From Thermosulfurimonas dismutans (GTDB lineage: Bacteria > Desulfobacterota > Thermodesulfobacteria > Thermodesulfobacteriales > Thermodesulfobacteriaceae), in assembly GCF_001652585.1 (NCBI RefSeq), contig NZ_LWLG01000001.1, positions 90,001 through 122,000 on the forward strand: 32,000 nt of DNA, read 5' to 3'. A program made the position numbers and the translations under genes. Under the pieces are notes generated by a model. That model had not been told where the DNA came from and made no database searches. It saw only the letters and a list, made by a program, of their open reading frames with translations. Below, one piece after another: positions 17,079 through 27,111 of the stretch. Each line of letters opens with the position of its first letter. The stretch's first letter is position 1.

Positions 17079-17717
17079 ATGAAACTCGGCGAAGCCCAAC
17101 AGCAATTGCGGGAGGAGGTCTGGCGAAAACTTACGGAAACAGGGGTAGCCCGTTTTCCAGGGGCCTACGGCCGTATTCCAAATTTTGTAGGCGCAGAAGA
17201 GGCCGCTAATAAAGCTTTAGAGCTCCCCGAAGTAGAAGCTGCTCGCGTAGTTTTCGTCAATCCCGACAGCCCCCAGTATCCATTACGGGCCAAACTACTC
17301 TCCGCAGGAAAAATCCTGATCCTGGGCTCCCCGAAACCAAAGAGCAAAAAGCCCTTTCTCCTAATTGACCCCACCCGACTCAAACCCCATCCTCTACGGC
17401 TGGCCAGCCTCAAAGGGGCCTTTCACTATGGCGAAAGGCTCGCCCTCGAGGAATTACCTGAGATAGACCTTTTCGTAACCGGTTGCGTGGCCGTCACTCC
17501 AGAAGGAAAAAGATTGGGCAAGGGTGATGGTTTTGCGGCTCGGGAATACGCTCTCCTCCTTTCATCCGGGAAGATCTTCCTTGAGACCCCGATCCTTACC
17601 ACCATCCATGAGCTACAAGTCCTTCCCAAAGTTCCGACCGAAGAGCATGACCTCCAGATAGATATCATAGTAACCCCCCAACGCATTATCCGAACCCGTG
17701 TTTCACGTGAAACATAG
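17079..17717 (+). CDS. 5-formyltetrahydrofolate cyclo-ligase family protein (archaeal-like subtype)
   Basis: 212 aa. The motifs YGRIPNFVGAEEAA, VFVNPDSPQ and GKGDGFAAREYALL resemble the MTHFS-like family (a G-x-G-x-G-[YF] motif followed by an acidic residue). The assignment is from motif memory and not searched. Confidence 0.65.
   Translation: MKLGEAQQQLREEVWRKLTETGVARFPGAYGRIPNFVGAEEAANKALELPEVEAARVVFVNPDSPQYPLRAKLLSAGKILILGSPKPKSKKPFLLIDPTRLKPHPLRLASLKGAFHYGERLALEELPEIDLFVTGCVAVTPEGKRLGKGDGFAAREYALLLSSGKIFLETPILTTIHELQVLPKVPTEEHDLQIDIIVTPQRIIRTRVSRET
17699..17714. other. parS centromere-like ParB binding site, perfect 16-bp palindrome TGTTTCACGTGAAACA
   Basis: An exact match to the canonical bacterial parS consensus, read directly. 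It is embedded in the last codons of the MTHFS-like gene (cgT GTT TCA CGT GAA ACA tag, the last five codons plus the final base of the preceding cgt; 3 nt before the TAG) and lies 2.6 kb upstream of parA-parB. Confidence 0.8.
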
Positions 17718-17777
17718 GAAAAGACCTCTGCTTTTCGTAAAGGCCTCAAAAGTCTTTTCCGGTCGAGAAAGAGAAAC

Positions 17778-17806
17778 TTGGTTATAGTTTTCTTTTCAGT
17801 TAGAAT
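17778..17806 (+). promoter_or_regulatory. Sigma70-like promoter for the histidine kinase-parAB unit (-35 TTGGTT, 17-nt spacer, -10 TAGAAT)
   Basis: Read by eye. The -10 element ends 9 nt before the ATG at 17816 with no Shine-Dalgarno sequence in between, which implies a leaderless or near-leaderless mRNA if the promoter is real. Confidence 0.3.
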
Positions 17807-17815
17807 ATCATCTAA

Positions 17816-20362
17816 ATGATCCTCAACGACCAAAACCGTAGTTTTTTGGATCTCCTCCCTGATGGCGTCATGATCGTGGATGCTGAAGGAAAAATCCTTT
17901 ACGCCAATCCAGCCATGTCCAAGCTCTTGAAAAGACCTCTCTCTGAGATCAAAGGGGGATATTGTTACAAACTGATCCATGGCACCGAGGAAAGGCCTCC
18001 TTTTTGTGTGCACGACCTGATGCACACGGAAGATAAGCCTGTAACTAGAGAATTTTTCGAGCCTCATCTCAAGGTCTGGCTCTGGGCTTATGGGGCCCCT
18101 ATAAGGGATGAATCCGGAAAAATTCGGGCCTGTTTTCATATCACCAGGGACGTCACCGCCGAGAAAAACAACCTTATCGGTAGCCATCTTTTCGAAAAAA
18201 TAGTAGATACCCTTCCAGGATACTTCTACCTTTCCGATAAAGATTACCGTATATTGGCCGCCAACCAGCGTTTCAAAAATTGGGTAGGCATGGAACCTAT
18301 AGGCCACAAATGCCACGAGGTTATTCACGGCAGTCCCAAACCTTGTAAATGGTGTCGTCAAAAAATTATCTTTGAAAAAGGCAAAACCATAGAATGGGAG
18401 ACCATTTGTTCCAAGGATCAGCGTTGGTATTTAGCTATTAATACACCTTTTGATTCTCCTTCCGGTGAACGATTCAAAATCACCCTCATATTTGATATTG
18501 ATCGTCGCAAGCGCCTTGAGGAAAGGCTCAAAAGAGTCTTCGAGGAAAGTCCGGCGGCTATTTTTATATCTGATTGGGAAGGGAACATAAAACTGGCCAA
18601 TCCGGCCTTAAGAAAACTCCTGAAAGTCCCCCTGGATTTAGACCTAACCCGATTCAAGACCAGCGATTTTTATGTAAACCAGGAAGATCGAAACCGGCTT
18701 CTTCAAGAATTGGAAAAGAAAAAAGAGATTTCAGGCTATGAACTAGAAATCAAAGACTTTCTTGGCCAAAAATTATGGGTAGCATTGACGCTCAAAATGG
18801 TAAAAGAAGAAGGTCAATATCATATTTGGGGAACCCTCCAGGACATTACCGTTCGTAAAAAAGCCGAACAAGCATTGATTGAAAGCGAGGCCCGTTTTAG
18901 GGTCTTAGCCGAAAATGCCCCGCTGGGTGTTATTCTTATAGATGACCAAGACAAAATCATCTATTTCAATCCCGCAGCTGAAAAGATTTTTGGCTATAAG
19001 ACCGATGAGATTTTGGGGAAGAGCTTCCATCTAATCTTAGCCTCGACAAATTCTTACAAGGGTGCACTTGCAAGTTTTAAACAGATACCCAAAATCGGTA
19101 ATAGTCACCTGGCTAATCAGAGATTCGAACTCCAGACCAAACGAAAAGATGGTACTGTTTTTCCGGCAGAAATCTTCCTTTCTATCATACAATTGCCGGA
19201 CAAGCTTTACTATCTTTGGATAATTCAGGACATCTCAGAAAGGAAAAAGTTAGAAGAAAAACGATTGCAATTAGAAAAACATCGGGCCCTTGAACTTCTA
19301 GCTGGAGGAATTGCACACGATTTCAACAATATTCTAGCTTCCATTATAGGCAACTTGGAATTGGCGCAAAAGTTAACCGAAGACCAAAAGCTCAAAAATA
19401 TCCTTAAACGAGCCGAAAAGGTAGCCTGTGAGGCCAGGAATTTGGCCCGAGATCTTCTGACCTTTTCCAAGGGCGACATTCCCGTGCCCAAGGAAGTAGA
19501 TCTTAGGAGTTTTTTGGGAGAACTGGCCCGATTTCTTCTCCATGGCTCGGCTATAAAACTCCATCTAGAAATCCCAGAAGGTCTCCCTCCAGTAAAGATT
19601 GACCCTACCCACTTGGCCCAGGCGATCCAGAATCTTATCCTCAATGCCAAAGAGGCTATGCCGGAGGGCGGAGAGCTATTCATTCAGGCCGTCCACGTGG
19701 ACGATCGCGTAGTCATCGTGGTGCGGGATACCGGACCAGGCATCCCCAAAGACATCTTGCCCAAAATATTTGAGCCCGGATTTACCACCAAACCTGCCGG
19801 CACAGGCATCGGCCTCTCGGTGGTAAAGACCGTGGTAGAACGATATAATGGAGAAATCTCCGTACATTCCGTACCTGGAAAGGGCACCACTTTTAAAATC
19901 TTTCTTCCGGCGGGGGAAAGCAAAAAGAAATCTCGCTCTGAAAAAAAGACCTTAATAAGAGAACCTAAAATATTTTCTGGGCAGGTTTTGGTAATGGACG
20001 ACGAAGAATCTATACGCATCCTACTCAAAGAGACCTTGACCCTTATGGGGCTTTCGGTAGAGACTGCCGAAGACGGAGAAGAGGCCCTAGAGAAATATCG
20101 AAAAGCGCTTGAAACCGGTAACCCTTTTGATCTAGTAATCCTTGATCTTACGGTTCCCGGCGGAAAGGGCGGAGTCTGGACCATTGAACGACTCCGAAAG
20201 TTAGATCCCCAAGTCAAAGCTATCCTTTCCACCGGCTATACCCTAGATGATGTTCGCAAGATAGTGAAAGATCTTCCTTTTGTGGATATACTACGCAAAC
20301 CTTACACCATGGACGAACTTTCGCAGATTCTCGAAAAACATATTTTGGAAAAGAAATCTTGA
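17816..20362 (+). CDS. Multi-PAS hybrid sensor histidine kinase (4 PAS-like modules, HisKA, HATPase_c, C-terminal receiver)
   Basis: 848 aa. The H-box is GGIAHDFNNILASIIGNLELA. The N/G boxes are LILNAKEAM, VRDTGPGI and GTGIGLSVV. The receiver is VLVMDDEESIR...LVILDLTVPGG...KAILSTGY. PAS S-box-like repeats include ANPA/FNPAAEKIFGY. Confidence 0.9.
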   Translation: MILNDQNRSFLDLLPDGVMIVDAEGKILYANPAMSKLLKRPLSEIKGGYCYKLIHGTEERPPFCVHDLMHTEDKPVTREFFEPHLKVWLWAYGAPIRDESGKIRACFHITRDVTAEKNNLIGSHLFEKIVDTLPGYFYLSDKDYRILAANQRFKNWVGMEPIGHKCHEVIHGSPKPCKWCRQKIIFEKGKTIEWETICSKDQRWYLAINTPFDSPSGERFKITLIFDIDRRKRLEERLKRVFEESPAAIFISDWEGNIKLANPALRKLLKVPLDLDLTRFKTSDFYVNQEDRNRLLQELEKKKEISGYELEIKDFLGQKLWVALTLKMVKEEGQYHIWGTLQDITVRKKAEQALIESEARFRVLAENAPLGVILIDDQDKIIYFNPAAEKIFGYKTDEILGKSFHLILASTNSYKGALASFKQIPKIGNSHLANQRFELQTKRKDGTVFPAEIFLSIIQLPDKLYYLWIIQDISERKKLEEKRLQLEKHRALELLAGGIAHDFNNILASIIGNLELAQKLTEDQKLKNILKRAEKVACEARNLARDLLTFSKGDIPVPKEVDLRSFLGELARFLLHGSAIKLHLEIPEGLPPVKIDPTHLAQAIQNLILNAKEAMPEGGELFIQAVHVDDRVVIVVRDTGPGIPKDILPKIFEPGFTTKPAGTGIGLSVVKTVVERYNGEISVHSVPGKGTTFKIFLPAGESKKKSRSEKKTLIREPKIFSGQVLVMDDEESIRILLKETLTLMGLSVETAEDGEEALEKYRKALETGNPFDLVILDLTVPGGKGGVWTIERLRKLDPQVKAILSTGYTLDDVRKIVKDLPFVDILRKPYTMDELSQILEKHILEKKS

Positions 20363-21123
20363 TCCTAGCACTGGCTAATCAAAAAGGCGGGGTGGGCAAG
20401 ACTACCGTGGCCATCAACCTTTCGGCCGCCTTGGCCGAACATGGCTACGAAGTCCTTCTCGTAGATTTAGATCCTCAGGCTAACGCCTCCAGCGGCCTAG
20501 GAGTAAGGGTAGCTGCGAGAAGGAGTCTCTATGCTGCTCTCTGTGGAAAGGCTCCCCTAAAGGATCTCATAATAAACACTCCTTTTGGGATAGATCTCAT
20601 CCCATCCTCGGTAGAACTGGCTGGGGGGGAACTAGAACTTTCCTCGCTTCCTGGAAGAGAATGGCGTTTGAAACAAGTCCTTTCCGGAATTATAACCAGC
20701 TACGATTTCGTAATCCTTGACTGTCCCCCTTCACTGGGCCTCCTTACAGTGAACGCCCTTTGTGTTGCAAAGGGCGTAATCATCCCCCTTCAGTGCGAAT
20801 ACTATGCCCTTGAGGGGCTTTCACTTCTAGTAAAGACCCTAAGACGAATAAGAGAGAATCTCAATCCAGATCTTTTCATCTTCGGGATCGTCCTCACCAT
20901 GCATGATGTCCGTAATCGACTCTCTAGGGAGGTAGCTGAGGAAGCCCGCAAACACTTCAAATGGACGGTCTTCGAAACTCTCATTCCTCGCACAGTACGC
21001 TTGAGTGAGGCTCCGAGCCATGGCATCCCCATTACCAAATACGATCCCCAAGGGAAAGGAGCTCAAGCTTTCCTTTCCCTAGCCGAGGAGGTCCTAAAGC
21101 GTGCCAGGAAAGAAAAAAGATAG
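20359..21123 (+). CDS. parA: Chromosome partitioning ATPase ParA/Soj
   Basis: 254 aa. It has the deviant Walker A NQKGGVGKTT, then VLLVDLDPQANAS and ILDCPPSLG. The TTG start overlaps the kinase stop (tcTTGAtcc). Confidence 0.92.
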   Translation: MILALANQKGGVGKTTVAINLSAALAEHGYEVLLVDLDPQANASSGLGVRVAARRSLYAALCGKAPLKDLIINTPFGIDLIPSSVELAGGELELSSLPGREWRLKQVLSGIITSYDFVILDCPPSLGLLTVNALCVAKGVIIPLQCEYYALEGLSLLVKTLRRIRENLNPDLFIFGIVLTMHDVRNRLSREVAEEARKHFKWTVFETLIPRTVRLSEAPSHGIPITKYDPQGKGAQAFLSLAEEVLKRARKEKR

Positions 21124-21958
21124 AAGGCTAGGTCGTGGTCTTTCGGCCCTTCTCTCGGAAACGGAGGCTGAAGGTGAACTCCGTACGGTCTCAATTTCTG
21201 CCATCTTACCCTCTCCCTTCCAGCCTCGGCGAAACTTCTCCGAGGAATCCCTAGCAGAGCTTGCAGCCTCCATCAAAAGTCGGGGACTACTTCAGCCGCT
21301 CCTCGTACGAGAAATTGCCCCGGGGACCTACGAACTAGTAGCTGGGGAGCGACGCCTTAGGGCCGCTAAGATGGCCGGCCTTTCAGAAGTCCCGGTTTTG
21401 ATAAAACACTTCTCGGATGAGGAGGCCTTGAGTGTAGCCCTTATCGAAAACCTTCAGCGCGAGGATCTTAATCCTCTTGAGGAGGCCGAGGGATACCGGC
21501 GCCTTATAGACGAATTCGGTCTCTCCCAAGAAGAGATAGCCCGTCGGGTAGGCAAAGATCGCTCCACAGTGGCCAATGCCCTAAGGCTCCTCAAGCTTCC
21601 GGAAAAAGTAAAGGAAGATCTGCTTGAGGAAAGGCTTTCGGCTGGACACGCCCGAGCCCTTTTAGCCTTAGAAGATGAAGGGCTCATCCTCAAGGCTAGA
21701 GATCAGGTCCTGAAACGCAAACTTTCGGTAAGAGAAACCGAACGGCTGGTAAACAGATTAAAGGAAGGCCGGCCCCAAAAGAAAAAAGCCCTTCCGGATC
21801 CGGATCTTGAGGCCCTGGGACGAGAACTCGCCGAACTTTCAGGGGCTAAAGTAAAGGTCGAAGTAGTAAAAGGACGCCCTCGTTTCCGCTTCGATTTTGA
21901 AGACCTGCAATCTGCCGAAAGGTTCTTAAGTCTCCTGAGAAGACTATCTAGATGTTGA
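21101..21958 (+). CDS. parB: Chromosome partitioning protein ParB/Spo0J
   Basis: 285 aa. It has RGLSALL, the ParB box GERRLRAAKMAG, LIENLQREDLNPLEEA, and the HTH QEEIARRVGKDRSTVANALRLL. The GTG start overlaps parA by 23 nt. Confidence 0.92.
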   Translation: MPGKKKDRRLGRGLSALLSETEAEGELRTVSISAILPSPFQPRRNFSEESLAELAASIKSRGLLQPLLVREIAPGTYELVAGERRLRAAKMAGLSEVPVLIKHFSDEEALSVALIENLQREDLNPLEEAEGYRRLIDEFGLSQEEIARRVGKDRSTVANALRLLKLPEKVKEDLLEERLSAGHARALLALEDEGLILKARDQVLKRKLSVRETERLVNRLKEGRPQKKKALPDPDLEALGRELAELSGAKVKVEVVKGRPRFRFDFEDLQSAERFLSLLRRLSRC

Positions 21959-23335
21959 AAGGAGGCGAAATTTTATCTTCTGGTCCTCAAGATAGAATTC
22001 TCCCGGGCCAGAAATTTCGCTTTTGACCTCGTATTTATTTCTTCCAATAAAAACTCTTACCCCGGGGTAGACCTTCTCCAGTACCTGTAAGGTATAATTC
22101 TGATAAGATAGGAGTTCTTCTTCCTTTTGCTTGATTTTTTCTTGAAGATCAGCCTGTTCGAACATCTTCTCCCTAAAGACCGCTTGAATCTTCTGTAATA
22201 TCCGGAATTTTTCCGGGGTAAGTTTACCTTCCTTTTTGAGTTTAAGCCCCAGAAGCATGGCCTTGCGGAGCTTCTCCGTGGTCTCATCAAGAAGGAGCAG
22301 TTCCGCTTTAAGTTTTTCGATCTCTTCAAAAATTTCCGAAGGATGGCCCACCTTGATATAGGTTGGCATAAAAGATTCGTTGCCAACCACTTTAATCACC
22401 GCCCCTTCGCCGACCTCCACCTCCCCAGCGGCCAAAAGTCCTCGGCCCTCGATCACGGAAAGGTTCTTTCCTACTTTAACTCGGGCTTGAAGAATATAGT
22501 CTTTGACCGTTAGAGAGCCTTTCACTTTAACCGTAGCGTATTCAATGGCTTTGATAATAGCCTTTCCAGAGATCTCAACGAAGGTATTCTCACCATGAAT
22601 GAGACCCCCTACAGAAAGATCGCCGTCTACTTTGATCTCGGTCCCGTCTTCCACGCCACCGCCGATCTCCACGTCTCCTTCAGCTAGGACCTTGAAGCCC
22701 CGCTTGACTCCGCCAGTAACGACCAGTTTTTCCCCATAAAACCGGATATTTCCCGACTTCCAGTCCACATCCCCTTCAAGGGTATAGGTGGGAACCAAAT
22801 TTAGCTTCCCTTGTTTTTCGATCAGGCACCCGTCCCTTTCGGCGATAAGGATCTCGTTTTTTTCATCAGGACGAAGGCCTTCGCCGTAATTGAAAGAGAC
22901 ATCCTTTACCGGAGGCGGAGGGATAACCTCTCCCCAAATATTACAGCCCGGTTGTCCTGGCTTAGGAGGAATGTGCCTTATGATCGGAGTTCCGGCCTTA
23001 ACCGAAACCACCAGATTCATTTCTCGGAAATCAATACGATTCTTATCAACCTCCCTTGGACCATGGGAGAGGTCTACCAAAAGCTCCAGACGGCCATCCT
23101 CCCCAGGCGTAGGCGGTTTACCCCGGGCGACAACGATCTTGCCATTCTTTACTTCCGGCTTCTCTAAAATTCCCGAAAGCCCGAGATTGGAAAGTTCTTC
23201 CCTAATCTTTGCCCATTCCTCAGCCGAAGGTATGCTTGCACCCTCCAGGTAGGCCTCTAGCTCATCATTTGAGGCCCGAAGGAGATAATCTCCCAGGGGG
23301 TAACCTTTTTTCTTCAAAGCTTCTCTTATACCCAT
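21944..23335 (-). CDS. FapA-family (DUF342) protein
   Basis: 463 aa. The central region has beta-helix-like degenerate repeats (GDVEIGGGVEDGTEIKVDGDLSVGGLIHGENTFVEISGKAIIK...VKVKGSLTV...VKVGKNLSV...GEVEVGEGAVIKV). A coiled coil follows, then the C-terminal VRVFIG...YEV, as is typical of DUF342/FapA. Confidence 0.7.
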   Translation of the reverse strand: MGIREALKKKGYPLGDYLLRASNDELEAYLEGASIPSAEEWAKIREELSNLGLSGILEKPEVKNGKIVVARGKPPTPGEDGRLELLVDLSHGPREVDKNRIDFREMNLVVSVKAGTPIIRHIPPKPGQPGCNIWGEVIPPPPVKDVSFNYGEGLRPDEKNEILIAERDGCLIEKQGKLNLVPTYTLEGDVDWKSGNIRFYGEKLVVTGGVKRGFKVLAEGDVEIGGGVEDGTEIKVDGDLSVGGLIHGENTFVEISGKAIIKAIEYATVKVKGSLTVKDYILQARVKVGKNLSVIEGRGLLAAGEVEVGEGAVIKVVGNESFMPTYIKVGHPSEIFEEIEKLKAELLLLDETTEKLRKAMLLGLKLKKEGKLTPEKFRILQKIQAVFREKMFEQADLQEKIKQKEEELLSYQNYTLQVLEKVYPGVRVFIGRNKYEVKSEISGPGEFYLEDQKIKFRLLSTSR

Positions 23336-23360
23336 GTTCTAAATATCTTATCGGCTGAAA

Positions 23361-23960
23361 CTAGCGCTTACGCCAACTCTTCTCCTCTCCTCGAAGGAGA
23401 CGTTTAATATTCTCGCGGTGTTTGATCCAAATGAGAACGGCCATAAAAGAAGCCAGTATCATATAGGGAACTCGGGGACAGAAGAGATACACCCATAAGG
23501 GTGCCGAAAGCGAGGCCAGAAGGGAACCTACCGATACGTACCCGCTAAGGGCCACCGAAAATATAAATAGAGGTAGGCTTATCCCTACTGCCAGTGGACA
23601 GAGAAGAAGCAAAACGCCGGTAGCACTGGCCACCCCCTTTCCTCCTCGGAAACGGAGATAAATTGGGTAAAGATGTCCAAGAAAGGCCGCCAACCCCACT
23701 CCGGAAAGCCACCAATAATAGTAAGGGTCGGTTCGTAAGAGATATTTAGCCAACGCCACCGGGCCAAGGGCCTTTCCCAAATCACCGACAAGGGTAAGGA
23801 ATCCCCATTTTTTCCCCAAGAGTCGGGCCACATTGGTGGCTCCCGGATTTCCGGAGCCTGCCTTTCGAGGATCTATCCCAAAAGGTTTACATATTAGAAT
23901 AGCAAAAGGGACAGAGCCCAAAAGATAGGCTCCGATTATAAAGACCAGGCCTTTTAGCAT
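23361..23960 (-). CDS. plsY: Glycerol-3-phosphate acyltransferase PlsY (acyl-phosphate dependent)
   Basis: 199 aa polytopic membrane protein. It carries the PlsY motifs GSGNPGATNVAR, DLGKA and FRGGKGVAS. Confidence 0.92.
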   Translation of the reverse strand: MLKGLVFIIGAYLLGSVPFAILICKPFGIDPRKAGSGNPGATNVARLLGKKWGFLTLVGDLGKALGPVALAKYLLRTDPYYYWWLSGVGLAAFLGHLYPIYLRFRGGKGVASATGVLLLLCPLAVGISLPLFIFSVALSGYVSVGSLLASLSAPLWVYLFCPRVPYMILASFMAVLIWIKHRENIKRLLRGEEKSWRKR

Positions 23961-23991
23961 AAATCACCCATATCAGAATTAGGGCTTAATA

Positions 23992-25374
23992 TCAAGATTT
24001 ATGGCGAGCTTGGGACTTAAGCTTCTTTTCTATCTGTTCCCTTAACGGGTCATCCGGTGGGAGATTTTTTAAGGCCTTTTGATAGTGGTAAGTAGCCACC
24101 TTAAAGTCGCCCTTCAAGGTAAAATAACGCCCAAATTCGTAGTGGGCCCGACCTTCCTCTCCCAAATCCGAAAGGAGTTTCCCAAAATAAAAGTGGAATT
24201 GTGGGAAATCGGAAAGTTCGTCCTCGAGCTTCAAAAATTCTTCATGGGCCTTTTTCTTGAGTTTCAATTCCTGATAGGTCCGGGCAAGCAACCAGCGGGC
24301 CCGCACCTCTTCGGGATGGTATCGAAGATAGCCCTCTAAAACCTGAAGGGCTTCTTGATATCTACCGGCAGAAAAGTAAACCTCAGCCAAATCCAGGCGA
24401 AAGTAATCCTTTTCGGGGTAAACCGAAACCACGTAGAGCAACTCTTTGATGGCTTCCTTGAAGAATCTTCTTTTGGCCAATGCCATGCCTAGACCGTAAT
24501 GAAGCAAGGGGTCTCTTGGAGAATACTTTAGGGCCTCTCGGTATCGGACTACCAGGGTTCCAGGATCATGAGTTATAACCTTGAGTCTTACCTGTATGCG
24601 ACGAAGATAAAGAGGATCCGTCCGACGCCAGGGACGGGTTTTGTATTTCTCCACCACGGTCTCAAGATAAGTAAGCCGTTCCGGAGGGGCCGGATGAGTA
24701 AGAAGATAGTTGGGGCCATTCTGGGTAAGGAGCCACCGGTGTCGAACTATCTTGCTGAGAATAGTAAGAAAGGCTTGTGGATCGTAACCCGCGGCTATCA
24801 GATACTCAAAGCCCAGACGATCGGCTTCTTCTTCATCCGCTCGGCTATAAGAGAGCGCCCGAGTAAGGGCTAGAGCCGAACTCGTAGCCGCAATAGCCCC
24901 GCCAGCCTTACCGCCTCCCAAGAGAAGACCCGCGATGGTCACAGCTCCGGTGGCGATCTGAAGACGTTTCAAGGCCTCAAGTCTGCGGGCCACATGCCTG
25001 GCCTGTACGTGAGCAATCTCGTGGGCCATAACCGCTGCCAATTCATCCTCCCGGTCAACCTCTTCGATCAGACCAGAGGTAAAGAAGATATAACCTCCAG
25101 GTACCGCAAAGGCGTTGAGGCTGCTATCTCGGATGATGAAAAACTTGAACGGGAAATACTTTGGGCCTGCCTTTTCAAGCAGGTTCTGACCTATACGCTT
25201 CAAATAGGCGAGAACCTCCGGATCGTTTACCAGCTCGGCCTGGGCCCTAATTTCTGCGAGGATCTTTTTTCCTAAGATAGCCTCATCTTCAGGGGAGAGA
25301 ACGGCCTTAGCCGGGGAAATGCGAACACCAAAAAGTAAAACTACCAGTAAAAAGAGCCAGAAGGTTCGTTTCAT
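23992..25374 (-). CDS. M48-family zinc metalloprotease with C-terminal TPR repeats (BepA/YfgC-like), secreted
   Basis: 460 aa. It has a signal peptide (MKRTFWLFLLVVLLFGVRISPAKA), the HExxH motif (MAHEIAHVQARH), a downstream E(EE)ADRLG, and TPR-like repeats in the C-terminal half. Confidence 0.85.
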   Translation of the reverse strand: MKRTFWLFLLVVLLFGVRISPAKAVLSPEDEAILGKKILAEIRAQAELVNDPEVLAYLKRIGQNLLEKAGPKYFPFKFFIIRDSSLNAFAVPGGYIFFTSGLIEEVDREDELAAVMAHEIAHVQARHVARRLEALKRLQIATGAVTIAGLLLGGGKAGGAIAATSSALALTRALSYSRADEEEADRLGFEYLIAAGYDPQAFLTILSKIVRHRWLLTQNGPNYLLTHPAPPERLTYLETVVEKYKTRPWRRTDPLYLRRIQVRLKVITHDPGTLVVRYREALKYSPRDPLLHYGLGMALAKRRFFKEAIKELLYVVSVYPEKDYFRLDLAEVYFSAGRYQEALQVLEGYLRYHPEEVRARWLLARTYQELKLKKKAHEEFLKLEDELSDFPQFHFYFGKLLSDLGEEGRAHYEFGRYFTLKGDFKVATYHYQKALKNLPPDDPLREQIEKKLKSQARHKS

Positions 25375-25398
25375 AACATAATTTTAAACTTTACCCTC

Positions 25399-25429
25399 AA
25401 AATAAAAAGAGGGGGCCGAAGCCCCCTCT
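25399..25429 (-). terminator. Rho-independent terminator of groES-groEL
   Basis: The minus strand reads AGAGGGGGC-UUCG-GCCCCCUCU (9-bp stem, UUCG tetraloop), followed by UUUUAUUUU. It lies 27 nt after the groEL stop. Confidence 0.8.
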
Positions 25430-25455
25430 TAGGTTTCCTCTCTCAAAGGGTATCT

Positions 25456-27090
<1,635 letters not shown>

Positions 27091-27111
27091 CTATTTGAAT
27101 TTTTTGGATTT

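Noticed and set aside
16916-17727. Exact 12-nt direct repeat AGGAAAAGACCT at 16916 and 17716, bracketing the MTHFS-like gene exactly 800 nt apart
   Set aside because: Roughly 30 exact 12-mer pairs are expected by chance in 32 kb (N^2/2 divided by 4^12). There are no longer flanking repeats and no mobility genes, so this is not evidence of an insertion.
17717-17765. GGAAAAGAC…GTCTTTTCC inverted repeat after the MTHFS-like gene, considered as a terminator
   Set aside because: The 9-bp arms are separated by about 26 nt, the stem is A/U-rich and there is no U-tract, so I do not call it an intrinsic terminator.
17426-18361. 311-aa ORF on the - strand
   Set aside because: It is antisense to the 3' end of the MTHFS-like gene, the intergenic promoter region and the first PAS modules of the histidine kinase, both of which have clear family motifs. 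It has no motifs of its own and no Shine-Dalgarno sequence.
19691-19702. GTCCACGTGGAC palindrome inside the kinase gene, checked as a possible second parS
   Set aside because: It shares only the central CACGTG with parS. About 9 of 16 positions match TGTTTCACGTGAAACA, which is too divergent.
19684-20232. 182-aa - strand ORF, plus several 60-150-aa ORFs antisense to the kinase
   Set aside because: They are Ser/Arg/Pro-rich antisense frames inside a well-supported HisKA/HATPase/REC coding region.
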